A DNA stretch of 54,428 nucleotides from Candidatus Uhrbacteria bacterium (GCA_016215325.1 JACRJV010000017.1:1-54428); one strand, 5' to 3'. Counted from the first letter of the stretch, positions 29,615 to 38,752 are shown. The notes: generated from the letters alone by a model not told the origin. Numbers and translations are program-made.

Positions 29615-30316
29615 ATGTCTAATAAAATGATTCTGGTGGTCGTCGGAGTGATCATCGTGTTGGTGTTGGTCGCCGTCGTGCTGATGCGGCCCAATGCCAC
29701 AGCAACCACGGGGCAGCAATCGCAAAACGAGGTTGCCCTAGAGCAGACAACACAGGCAACGCCGGAAGCTCAGAGCGCGAGTGAGCCCGCGGCATCCCAA
29801 CCCGCTACCACTACTGCCACTAACCGTAAGAACGATATGCACCGCATTACTCTCGAGACCTCTAAAGGCACGATTCAATTCGAAACCTACGATGCCGATG
29901 CCCCCAAAGCCAGCGATAATTTTGTGACCCTTGCCCAAAAAGGATTTTATAACAACCTCATCTTCCACCGCGTGATCAAAGGTTTCATGATCCAAGGTGG
30001 CGACCCCAGCGGCAACGGCACGGGGGGGCCAGGGTACCAGTTTGAGGATGAGCTCAACCCCGCCACGGAGTCCTATAAGAACGGCTACAAAAAAGGGATT
30101 GTGGCTATGGCTAACGCTGGACCCAATACCAACGGCAGCCAATTTTTTATCATGCTTGAGGATTACCCGCTGCCGAATAACTACACGATCTTTGGCCATG
30201 TGGTGAAGGGGCAAGAAGTGGTCGATGCCATTGGGTTGGTGAAGACCGATGCGGGAGATAAGCCGGTGGAAGCGGTTGTGATCAAGAAAGCAACCGTTGA
30301 AACTCTCACAAAATAA
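29615..30316 (+). CDS. membrane-anchored cyclophilin-type peptidyl-prolyl isomerase
   Basis: FHRVIKGFMIQGGDP, AMANAGPNTNGSQFFI. Confidence 0.95.
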   Translation: MSNKMILVVVGVIIVLVLVAVVLMRPNATATTGQQSQNEVALEQTTQATPEAQSASEPAASQPATTTATNRKNDMHRITLETSKGTIQFETYDADAPKASDNFVTLAQKGFYNNLIFHRVIKGFMIQGGDPSGNGTGGPGYQFEDELNPATESYKNGYKKGIVAMANAGPNTNGSQFFIMLEDYPLPNNYTIFGHVVKGQEVVDAIGLVKTDAGDKPVEAVVIKKATVETLTK

Positions 30317-30403
30317 TTTTCAATTCTTAATTTTCAATTTTCATTCATTTTTCAATGATTTATTGAGTATTCATTGTAAATTTTAACTTGAAAATTGGAA
30401 ATT
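30315..30403. repeat. inverted array of degenerate heptamers
   Basis: AATTTTC AATTCTT AATTTTC AATTTTC ... GAAAATT GGAAATT. Confidence 0.75.
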
Positions 30404-30409
30404 CGTCTT

Positions 30410-31696
30410 GTGCCCAAACTCTGGCAATCGACCTCGACGCCATTGCACCCCCTTGTGGAGAAGTACACCGTTGGCAATGATTATATCCTGGACATGCGAC
30501 TGCTGCCGTTTGACATCGAAGCGAGCAAAGCCCATGCGCAGGCGCTGCTTAAGGCCCATATTATCACCGCCCAAGAATTGACAAAACTCAATACGGGACT
30601 TGACGAAATTTTCGCATTGCACGCCAAAGGAGAATTTGTGATCCAACAGTCGGATGAGGATTGCCACACCGCGATTGAAAATTACCTGACTAAGAAACTT
30701 GGTGATTTAGGGAAAAAAATCCACACGGGCCGCAGCCGCAACGATCAGGTGTTGGTGGCCACACGCCTCTATACGCGCAAGAAGCTCAAGCAAATTAGCG
30801 TCGAGCTCGTCAAACTCCAGCGGGTGTTTTTGGCTATGGCAAAACAATACGAGTTTTTACCGTTGCCGGGCTACACGCATACGCGCCGGGCGATGCCCTC
30901 CAGCATTGGGCATTGGGCTGCTTCGTATCTGGAGGAACTCATTAACCACCACATGCTGTTGGAGACTGCGTATAAGCTCAACGATCAAAATCCCCTGGGA
31001 GCTGCGGCAGGATTCGGTGTGAACCTCCCATTGGATCGCGAGCTCACAACCCGGTTGCTTAAATTCAAGCGGGTCCAAATAAATTCACTGTACTGCGTGA
31101 ATACTCGCGGAACCACCGAAAGCTATATTCTATCCGTATGCACTCAGATGGTGATGACGCTCTGCCGGTTGGCCACCGAGATGATTTGGTTTACCACCCC
31201 GGAGTTTAATTTTTTCGACCTGCCGTACGAGTTTACGACCGGCTCCTCGGTCATGCCGCAAAAACGCAACCCCGATGTGTTTGAAATTGTCCGCTCTAAC
31301 GCGAGCATCATCATTGGCCTGCAAACGCAGGTGAAAGATATTTCAAAAAATCTTATTTCCGGTTACAACCGCGATACGCAACTTACCAAAGAACCCCTGA
31401 TCAAAGGGCTGGGTATTACGCGCCGGAGTCTTGAGGTGGTGAGTTTAGTGATGGGCAAGATGAAACCCAAAAAAGAAGTGCTTATGCATTCGCTCTCGCC
31501 AGAATTCTTTGCCGTGCATGAAGCGAATCGGTTGGTCAAGAAAGGGATGCCCTTCCGCGATGCGTATCGGCATGTTAAAGAACATTTGGACGAGATCAAG
31601 GTACCGGATCCGGTCAAGGCGATTAAGGAAATAACTTCGCTCGGAGGACCTGGGAATTTGCAGCTCAAGAGGTACAAGATTAGCAGACCCCTCTAA
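30410..31696 (+). CDS. argH: argininosuccinate lyase
   Basis: KLW, EDCHTAIE, HTGRSRNDQ, PGYTH, TGSSVMPQKRNPD, SGYNRD, PFRDAY. Confidence 0.92.
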   Translation: MPKLWQSTSTPLHPLVEKYTVGNDYILDMRLLPFDIEASKAHAQALLKAHIITAQELTKLNTGLDEIFALHAKGEFVIQQSDEDCHTAIENYLTKKLGDLGKKIHTGRSRNDQVLVATRLYTRKKLKQISVELVKLQRVFLAMAKQYEFLPLPGYTHTRRAMPSSIGHWAASYLEELINHHMLLETAYKLNDQNPLGAAAGFGVNLPLDRELTTRLLKFKRVQINSLYCVNTRGTTESYILSVCTQMVMTLCRLATEMIWFTTPEFNFFDLPYEFTTGSSVMPQKRNPDVFEIVRSNASIIIGLQTQVKDISKNLISGYNRDTQLTKEPLIKGLGITRRSLEVVSLVMGKMKPKKEVLMHSLSPEFFAVHEANRLVKKGMPFRDAYRHVKEHLDEIKVPDPVKAIKEITSLGGPGNLQLKRYKISRPL

Positions 31697-31703
31697 AATG
31701 GTG

Positions 31704-31852
31704 CACGCCGCCAGATGTTCACCGGTTCCTGGCTGCGGAACTCGCCTGCATCGGGCACCATCCCGACCAGTACCAGCCACAATCGTCCGAAGCTGGTCGG
31801 GATTGGCTCACACAGTCCTCGCTGGCGGAACCCGTGAATATCTGGCGCCGTG
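31704..31852. repeat. palindromic element family B, copy 2
   Basis: 26-bp arms (23/26) around the same core as 3111-3263; nested ATCCCGACCAG/CTGGTCGGGAT stem. Confidence 0.85.
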
Positions 31853-31910
31853 GCCTTATAAAAACATCTCCGATAAAATCGGAGATGTTTTTATAGAATA
31901 TTTCTACTCT

Positions 31911-32297
31911 CTAATACATCACCATCGTGCCGCCGCCGCTCAAAAAGATCGCAAGGTTGGCGGCTAACAGCACCATATCGAATTCCCATCCGGTTTTGTC
32001 CATTGCGGTGAACGGCATATGCCACTTCATGGTTTTGTGATACCACGCTGCCACCATGACAATGGCTAACAAGAGCGCCGCGAGCTGGGTGTACACGCCG
32101 AGGATGAGCGCAAGGCCGGAAACAAATTCCACTACCCCGAGCGCTTTGATGGCATTGGCTGACCACCCCATGCTGCTGGCCATCGCTTTTGCATTGTTAA
32201 TTTTAGGCCAACCATGTATTACGAACACAACGCCGACCGCGAGCCGCAGGAGAAAGAGGCCCCAGTCGGCATACAGGAGAGATGAGAAGAGAGGCAT
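31911..32297 (-). CDS. DoxX family membrane protein
   Basis: LLRLAVG...HGWPK...EFVSG...GWEFD...GGG. Confidence 0.9.
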   Translation of the reverse strand: MPLFSSLLYADWGLFLLRLAVGVVFVIHGWPKINNAKAMASSMGWSANAIKALGVVEFVSGLALILGVYTQLAALLLAIVMVAAWYHKTMKWHMPFTAMDKTGWEFDMVLLAANLAIFLSGGGTMVMY

Positions 32298-32307
32298 ACC
32301 TCTTATT

Positions 32308-32377
32308 GTCATCCTCGGGCTTGACCCGAGGATCCACGGATGGATGACCATGGATCCCCGATTAGGTCGGGGATGAC
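32308..32377. repeat. palindromic element, family A-related (GTCATCCTCGGGCTTGACCCGAGGATCC...GGATCCCCGATTAGGTCGGGGATGAC)
   Basis: Bipartite palindrome in the doxX 5' region. Confidence 0.85.
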
Positions 32378-32405
32378 GGAATAGTATAGTAATGAGGAAT
32401 ATTCA

Positions 32406-32981
32406 CTAGCGAGGAGACCGTTTCCCCAACTCGACCATTAACGAATGGACGAGTTGCTCTGGGTTGCTATTAAAGACGACGACAGAGGACGTCTCCTTAC
32501 GGATCCGTTGAAATAGCCCCGGCAATTCATCCGCAATGCCGCCGGTTTCGGTGAGTACCCCCACCACCTTGCCCATATCAACCAGATTGGTGAATTCGTT
32601 GAGTGTGCCCCACCGGCCGGCAACAATGATACCCGCATCACAGTGTGCGGTGGAAATCACATTGCGATATTTGCGACAGACTTGGTCGTTGTGCGCAAAC
32701 GGGAAGTTAGGCGGCACATAGACCATGTTTTTATAAATCGTAATGTCGTCATGCGGCACCCATTGCCGTTGGTCGTGTTCGTTTTGTTTGGGCGAAAACC
32801 CCCAGACTTCGACCCCTTGCTGCGCCGCTTCGTAAGCGATGGCGTACGGCAAACCGGAGCAGGATCCGGTGATGAGGATTGCCTGTGTGGGGACTAACGC
32901 CGTAGCGAGCCGTTTTGCGCGATCAACAACTTCGTCGGACTCAACGACGGCGGATCCAAAGATGCCGATTTTGTAGGGCAT
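32406..32981 (-). CDS. SLOG/LOG superfamily Rossmann-fold nucleotide-binding protein
   Basis: KIGIFGS, LITGSCSGLP, GFSP, RNV, GRWGTLNE, TGG. Confidence 0.8.
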   Translation of the reverse strand: MPYKIGIFGSAVVESDEVVDRAKRLATALVPTQAILITGSCSGLPYAIAYEAAQQGVEVWGFSPKQNEHDQRQWVPHDDITIYKNMVYVPPNFPFAHNDQVCRKYRNVISTAHCDAGIIVAGRWGTLNEFTNLVDMGKVVGVLTETGGIADELPGLFQRIRKETSSVVVFNSNPEQLVHSLMVELGKRSPR

Positions 32982-33333
32982 ACACGAGATTGGGATATGA
33001 GGATACTCCAGATATGAAGATATAGGGAACTCCCCCGTATTGGTAGTATAGCGCTCCCACCGTGTTCTTTGCAAAAAATGTACTCAGTTTGTATTGCTCC
33101 ACCTTCCGTAATGGAATTCTGGAAAGTCCAAGGGCGGTGTGGTACTATTGGTTTACATTTATGATCCACTATAGACCGCTTGCAAAATAACTTTCCCGTC
33201 AAAATATGCTTTTTTGGCAAAAACCAATTAAAAATTTTTCCGCTTAGCTAGGGCTAAACATCAAAATTTTTCCTTTAGTTTTTCTCAAAAAAATCATTAT
33301 TTTGTCCAGAAAATTTATTTTGCAAGAGGTCTT

Positions 33334-34668
33334 ATGTTTGTGAAACAGGAACGAATGAGCAAAAAGAATGTAGTCAACATCCTCGATCGTCGCCCGGAAG
33401 GCGAGGAAGGGGACTTGTACCCATTGGTTAAGATGGCCATGAAAAAACAGGCGATGATTAAAAAAATCGCAGCCGTCCATCCGACACCATTTTATTTGTT
33501 TGATAGAGAGCTCCTTGCTCAACAAATTCAAGAATTTACGCAGAGTTTTTCGTCAGAAATTCCAGGAATAAAGTTTTTCTACGCCGTCAAAACCAACGAC
33601 CACCCATTCGTATTAAAGTCGATGGTGGCTAAAGGATTAGGCTTAGATGTTTCCAGCGCCCGCGAACTCCAACTCGGTGTGAGAGCAGGTGCGCAGGAGA
33701 TGTTGTTTAGTGGTCCTGGGAAAACCGGACAAGAACTCAATGTTTTTTTGAGGCACCAAAAGAGCACCACGCTTATCATTGATAGCGCGGATGAACTTGA
33801 CCGGATTGGCCGGATCACGAAAGGCGCACGTCCGCCGCTGGGTGTCGGTGTACGATTTTTTTCAAGCCATCATGGTTCCTGGTCCAAATTTGGAATACCG
33901 CTCACCGATCTTGGGACGTTTTGGCGTCGCCTACAGCAGTATCCCACACTTCGTTTAGCGGGGCTCCATTTCCACTGCAGTTTGAATCGCACGCCGGATC
34001 GACATGTGGCCATTATTAAAGAGTTAGGTTCATACCTCAAAGGGCATGCTTCGATTGCAATGCGAAAGGACATTCGATTTATTGATTTTGGCGGTGGGTT
34101 TTACCCTGATCGCGTAGAGGGATTTTATCCGTGGGCTGAGCGATATCCTTGGATGTTTTCCGGAGGGTACCTGATGAAACGTGCTAATGAGCATTTCGAT
34201 CAACGCACTTCGTTCGCCCAACGATATTATATCACTCGAGCAGATTCGCCGGCCGTCTTTGCTCGCGCTATCGCCAGAGTTATCGATACATCTTTACGTC
34301 CTCTTGTCGATGCCCAATATTACTGTGAGCCGGGTCGGATCGTATCTCACGCAGCAATGCACATAATTTTACGCGTGGTCGATCGAAAATCCGGGATGAT
34401 CATAACGGATGGGGGGAATAACATGGTCGGCTGGGAGGCGGGTAATCAATTTTATTATCCCATTGTCAACATTACGCACCCCTCAAAAAAAGAAAAACCC
34501 ATCATTGTGTATGGGTCCCTGTGCAACCCCAAAGATCTCTGGGGATATTATGCCTATGGCGCCAAGTTTGACCAGGAAGATGTACTGGTTATCCCAATGC
34601 AAGGCGCGTATCGGTTCACCCTCGCACAAGAATTTATTCGGGCAATTCCGCCGGTGTACTCCCTTTAA
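33334..34668 (+). CDS. type III PLP (group IV) amino-acid decarboxylase, LysA/ODC-like
   Basis: PTPFY, FYAVKTN, DVSSAREL, GPGK, SKFG, DFGGGF, EPGR, GSLC, GAY. Confidence 0.88.
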   Translation: MFVKQERMSKKNVVNILDRRPEGEEGDLYPLVKMAMKKQAMIKKIAAVHPTPFYLFDRELLAQQIQEFTQSFSSEIPGIKFFYAVKTNDHPFVLKSMVAKGLGLDVSSARELQLGVRAGAQEMLFSGPGKTGQELNVFLRHQKSTTLIIDSADELDRIGRITKGARPPLGVGVRFFSSHHGSWSKFGIPLTDLGTFWRRLQQYPTLRLAGLHFHCSLNRTPDRHVAIIKELGSYLKGHASIAMRKDIRFIDFGGGFYPDRVEGFYPWAERYPWMFSGGYLMKRANEHFDQRTSFAQRYYITRADSPAVFARAIARVIDTSLRPLVDAQYYCEPGRIVSHAAMHIILRVVDRKSGMIITDGGNNMVGWEAGNQFYYPIVNITHPSKKEKPIIVYGSLCNPKDLWGYYAYGAKFDQEDVLVIPMQGAYRFTLAQEFIRAIPPVYSL

Positions 34669-35987
34669 AGAAGAGCCCGGCCTTTGGTTATCTTCACCAG
34701 GACGCGCGATTGAACGTCGTCATTGAGGAGATGCTCGGCATTATCCTGTGCCGATTGTTGGTCACGGAAGAGGAGTCCCGCATTAAATTGATAGGTGGTT
34801 CCGCTGCGCGTCAATGATTGCATGTGGAGGATCTGTTCTGAAGATTTTTCTTTTGCGTGGATCAATACGTGGTCGATAAAATTGCGACGGGTGCCCGTGA
34901 ACGTCCCCTTGAAACCGGCTAACGGTGTTTGGACCGTGCCATTATACGCCTCCATGAGATACGCGGTGATTGCGGTCATTCGGAAGTTCGGGTCGATGCA
35001 GTACCATCGGCCATCCGGTCGTACCAGAATATCGACACCACCGACACCATACCATCCGCGTTTGCGAACATCCGGGAGAATTGTTGTGAGGAAAACTTGA
35101 GTCACTTCTTTGAGCGTCTCGGAGTAATCGTCGGGGTAGATGACGCCCCCGAGAAACTCACCTTGCTCACTGACGATCTGTTGGTTCCAACCGATGATCT
35201 CAATTGGCTTGGTATGATCATGAGGGATGGCGAATTGCAATCCGTAGTTAAATTGGGCACCAATGAATTCTTCTACGAAGATATCGCCGAGTGAATCTTT
35301 AAATTCTTCAGCTGCCTCTTTCAGTTGCTCGCGGTTAAAGCAGATGCGCACCCCGTCGCCGGCACTGGATGATGAAATCTTAATGACGCATGGCCATTGG
35401 TTAATTTGATCAGTATGTGCGAAGAATTCCGCCCCATTGGAATACGCGCGCGGGCGTTTTGGGAGGTGTTCTTCGGGGATATATTCTGGCATGTTTTTTT
35501 TATCATTGAGCCATGCCGTGATCCAAGGGTCAATTAAATAGAGGTGCCGAAGCGAAGCGTCGAGATACGGCTGGGCCATAACGAGCGTGCCCGGTGTTAC
35601 GCGGGTCCACAGCTCTTGTTTAATTCGGACGTTCCGTTCATGGCAGTTGAGAGTGGAGTTGATGTCCGGTGGAAAGGTATTGACTCGATTGCTCGGCGCG
35701 AGTTCAAGGCCACAATGGTTTTGGAGAAGATCCCGAATATCAGGGTCCCCGGACGCAGAAAATGTGAGAACGGAAACATGATCGCCTGCGCAGGTGACCG
35801 GCCTTGCAGCGACTAATTCTTCGATCCAAGAAGGGACCCTGTTGAGAAAATTTGAGTCCTCTCCGCACGGGAACCCATAGAAGTAGGTTGTTCCTGCTGG
35901 GAAATAGTCAGAGAGGGAAATAATCTTTCGATTCGGGAATGCGAAATCCAGCATCGTTAAAGTTGAGGGGGTATGTCTCATGGACAT
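34665..35987 (-). CDS. ATP-grasp amide/peptide ligase
   Basis: LNDK, VIK-SSAGDGV, VEEFI, GWYGVGGVD, IDPNFR. Confidence 0.8.
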   Translation of the reverse strand: MSMRHTPSTLTMLDFAFPNRKIISLSDYFPAGTTYFYGFPCGEDSNFLNRVPSWIEELVAARPVTCAGDHVSVLTFSASGDPDIRDLLQNHCGLELAPSNRVNTFPPDINSTLNCHERNVRIKQELWTRVTPGTLVMAQPYLDASLRHLYLIDPWITAWLNDKKNMPEYIPEEHLPKRPRAYSNGAEFFAHTDQINQWPCVIKISSSSAGDGVRICFNREQLKEAAEEFKDSLGDIFVEEFIGAQFNYGLQFAIPHDHTKPIEIIGWNQQIVSEQGEFLGGVIYPDDYSETLKEVTQVFLTTILPDVRKRGWYGVGGVDILVRPDGRWYCIDPNFRMTAITAYLMEAYNGTVQTPLAGFKGTFTGTRRNFIDHVLIHAKEKSSEQILHMQSLTRSGTTYQFNAGLLFRDQQSAQDNAEHLLNDDVQSRVLVKITKGRALL

Positions 35988-36109
35988 AGTGGATGTTTAA
36001 AGCATCGCAGCCACAACTCCGTTTTAAAATACTGTGTAGATAGTAGCGAAAGCCGACAAGGGCGTGATTTCTTCATTTCGGGCTGCTGACTCTTGATGTC
36101 TGCATTCTT

Positions 36110-36180
36110 TCGGGATGCCGGGAATCGAACCCGGTCTCCACGCACCCGAAGCGTGTGTACTACCGGTATACTACATCCCG
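36110..36180 (-). tRNA. tRNA-Pro(CGG), CCA not encoded
   Basis: Cloverleaf: CGGGATG/CATCCCG acceptor, CACGC-TTCGGGT-GCGTG anticodon arm, GGTTCGATTCC T arm. Confidence 0.95.
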
Positions 36181-36212
36181 AAAGAATGCGGACATGGCAT
36201 CATTGTAGAATT

Positions 36213-36242
36213 TCCGCCAAAGGCGGATCAGCCTCTGGCTGA
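36213..36242. repeat. 30-nt double-hairpin insert TCCGCC-AAA-GGCGGA TCAGCC-TCT-GGCTGA
   Basis: Two perfect 6-bp hairpins inserted in the T loop of the outer tRNA. Confidence 0.85.
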
Positions 36243-36284
36243 GAACCCAGCCTTCACGCACCCGAGGCGTGTGTACTACCGATA

Positions 36285-36304
36285 CCTGCCTACCGGCAGG
36301 CAGG
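36285..36304. repeat. 20-nt palindromic insert CCTGCCTACCGGCAGGCAGG
   Basis: CCTGCCT/AGGCAGG stem inserted in the D arm of the outer tRNA. Confidence 0.85.
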
Positions 36305-36410
36305 TACGACAGCCCGCTTATTTTGATTGCATTAGTATACTGCACTTTTGGCACCCCGGCAATGGCGGATTTGCTGATTCCAGGAAGAATGCCCTATAAT
36401 CAGGGAAATT

Positions 36411-37091
36411 ATGCCTCATCTCTATTTTGTTGCAACACCGATTGGTCACTTGGGGGATATTACGATACGGGCGCTGGAAACGCTTCGCTGCGTTGACGTT
36501 ATCGTCTGCGAAGATACGCGCGTGACGCGCAAGTTGCTTGAGCACTTCCAGATCAGCAAACCTCTTTTGAGCGTCCGACAGCGGGGGAGTGTTCGGGATA
36601 TTGAACGCGTTTTAGAGAGTCTTCGCAAGGGGTTGTCGGCCGCTTATGTCACTGATGCGGGTACGCCGGGACTTAGCGACCCGGGTGGGGAATTGATTGA
36701 GCGGGTGCTTGCGGGGCTGCCCGAAACCAAGATTGTACCAATCCCTGGGCCGAATGCCGCTGCTGCGCTTGGCAGCGTTGCAGGGATCCCCTTGGATCGC
36801 TATACTGTAATGGGATTCCCTCCGCATAAGAAAGGGCGCCAGGCCTATTTTAAGACGATCATCGAATCGCCATTGCCGATCTTTTTTTATGAGTCGGTCC
36901 ATCGGATCCGGCGGACGTTGCGGGAGGTAGCGGACTGCCTTCCCGAAGCCCAAGATCGCTATTGCGTTATCGGCCGCGAGCTTACAAAAATGTACGAAGA
37001 AATTTTGCGCGGGAGTTTGCGGGAGTTTGTGAATCGGCCGATCACTGAAAAAGGAGAGTTTGTGGTGCTTGTGAGCCGGTGGAAGTTATAG
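36411..37091 (+). CDS. rsmI: 16S rRNA (C1402) 2'-O-methyltransferase
   Basis: LYFVATPIGHLGDIT, CEDTR, DAGTPGLSDPG, YESVHR, RELTKMYEE, KGEFV. Confidence 0.95.
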   Translation: MPHLYFVATPIGHLGDITIRALETLRCVDVIVCEDTRVTRKLLEHFQISKPLLSVRQRGSVRDIERVLESLRKGLSAAYVTDAGTPGLSDPGGELIERVLAGLPETKIVPIPGPNAAAALGSVAGIPLDRYTVMGFPPHKKGRQAYFKTIIESPLPIFFYESVHRIRRTLREVADCLPEAQDRYCVIGRELTKMYEEILRGSLREFVNRPITEKGEFVVLVSRWKL

Positions 37092-37156
37092 TAAATCCAG
37101 CAAGGCCAGTGAATCCAGCTGGCCAGAGTTGATAGGCCGGATTTACTGGATTTACT
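37090..37156. repeat. inverted nonamer array (AGTAAATCC-type)
   Basis: AGTAAATCCAG...CTGGATTTACT perfect 11-bp ends. Confidence 0.8.
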
Positions 37157-37159
37157 CAT

Positions 37160-38752
37160 ATGAAAAAGAAGTTCTACATTACAACACCCATTTACTACAT
37201 CAACGCTAAACCGCATATTGGCAGTGCCTACCCTACAGTGGTTGCGGATGTGCTGGCACGCTACCATCGCCTGCTCGGGGACGATGTTGTTTTTTTAACC
37301 GGTACAGATGAGAATAGCCAAAAAAATGTCCAGGCATCGATTACCGCAGGGGAGCATGATGTCAACGTGTATCTCGATCGCATGAGCGCGGCGTGGCAAA
37401 TGACCTGGGACACATTAGGGATTAGTAATGACGACTTCATCCGCACGACCGAACCCCGCCACCACCAATCCGTGGTGAAATTTTTTCATGCCGTCCAAAA
37501 GAGCGGTGACATCTATCAAGGAGAATACGAAGGGTTCTATTGCATCGGCTGCGAAGCATTCATTACGGAGAAAGAGCTCGTGGCCGGGAATTGCCCGGAT
37601 CATCAGAAGCCACCCGTGGAGCTTAAGGAAAAAAATTATTTTTTCCGGGCGAGCCGCTACAGAGATCAACTCATTGACCATATCACCGCACACCCAGAAT
37701 TTATCGAGCCCACCGGCCGGCGCAATGAGGTGCTCTCCTATATAAAAACAGCGTTCGGGGACGTGAGTATCTCCCGCGGGTGGAAAACAGATGAAAATGT
37801 TGCCGGGGTGACCGTAGGAATTCCGGTGCCCGGGGATAGCGCGCAGGCGTTGTATGTGTGGTTTGATGCCCTCATTAATTATCTTACGGGCGTAGGATAC
37901 GGCAAAGCCACCCAAAAGTTCGCCCAGTACTGGCCCGCTGATGTCCACATCGTCGGAAAGGAAATTATTAAATTCCATTGTGCGCTCTGGCCCGCCATGC
38001 TGCTGTCTGCTGGGTTGCCACTCCCCAAAAAGGTATTCGCGCACGGGTGGCTCACCGTGGATGGGCAGAAGATGAGCAAAACGCTCGGCAATGTGGTTGA
38101 CCCATTAGAAATTGTCGGCTGGCTGGGCGTTGATCCGCTGCGCTACTTCTTGCTGCGTGAATTTTCGTGGGGCAATGACGGCGATTTTTCCCATACGCGG
38201 CTGAAAGAACGATACCAAGCGGATCTTGCCAACGGTCTTGGTAATGTGAGCCGCCGGATCCTCACGCTCGGCGAGAAGATGCTCGCCCACAATAAATTGA
38301 TCAGTGCTGATCACGGACATTTTAGTTGCAAATTACCATCCGATCATTCCCTTTGCCACCAGTTCAATGATATCACGCAGGACGCCTGGCTACAGTATCA
38401 CGATGCGTTCCAGCGATACCAGCCGGATCAGGCAACACAGGTGGTGTGGTCGTACATCCAGCGGTTGGACGAGCATCTCGAACGCATTAAACCATGGGAG
38501 CTGAAGCAAGAGCACACTCCCGAACAATGGAGTAAAGCGTTGTACCCATTTTTAGAAGGACTCCGACACCTCTCCTGGATGTTGCGACCGATATTGCCGA
38601 TGACCAGTGAGCGCTTGTTGCGATCGCTTGGCGTGTGGATGAAGGAAAGCAAACTTACTTTTGAAAAAGCACAAATTTGGGGAACGCTTTCCACCAAGGG
38701 TATGGATATCGATCGCGGAAAAGTATTGTTTGCACGACTCGAAACGAAATAG
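37160..38752 (+). CDS. metG: methionyl-tRNA synthetase (short form)
   Basis: YITTPIYY, PHIG, GTDE, YVWFDAL, GKEIIKFH, KMSKT. Confidence 0.97.
   Translation: MKKKFYITTPIYYINAKPHIGSAYPTVVADVLARYHRLLGDDVVFLTGTDENSQKNVQASITAGEHDVNVYLDRMSAAWQMTWDTLGISNDDFIRTTEPRHHQSVVKFFHAVQKSGDIYQGEYEGFYCIGCEAFITEKELVAGNCPDHQKPPVELKEKNYFFRASRYRDQLIDHITAHPEFIEPTGRRNEVLSYIKTAFGDVSISRGWKTDENVAGVTVGIPVPGDSAQALYVWFDALINYLTGVGYGKATQKFAQYWPADVHIVGKEIIKFHCALWPAMLLSAGLPLPKKVFAHGWLTVDGQKMSKTLGNVVDPLEIVGWLGVDPLRYFLLREFSWGNDGDFSHTRLKERYQADLANGLGNVSRRILTLGEKMLAHNKLISADHGHFSCKLPSDHSLCHQFNDITQDAWLQYHDAFQRYQPDQATQVVWSYIQRLDEHLERIKPWELKQEHTPEQWSKALYPFLEGLRHLSWMLRPILPMTSERLLRSLGVWMKESKLTFEKAQIWGTLSTKGMDIDRGKVLFARLETK

Larger units (their letters stand above)
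36078..36316 (-). pseudogene. interrupted (outer) tRNA-Pro(CGG) in four pieces
   Basis: 36316-36305 + 36284-36243 + 36212-36208 + 36089-36078 join into exactly 71 nt, gap-free and 60/71 identical to the inner tRNA, with all four stems pairing. Confidence 0.8.

Noticed and set aside
33080-33330. Gene remnant or ncRNA in the AT-rich spacer
   Set aside because: No recognisable motif in any frame and no convincing long stem.
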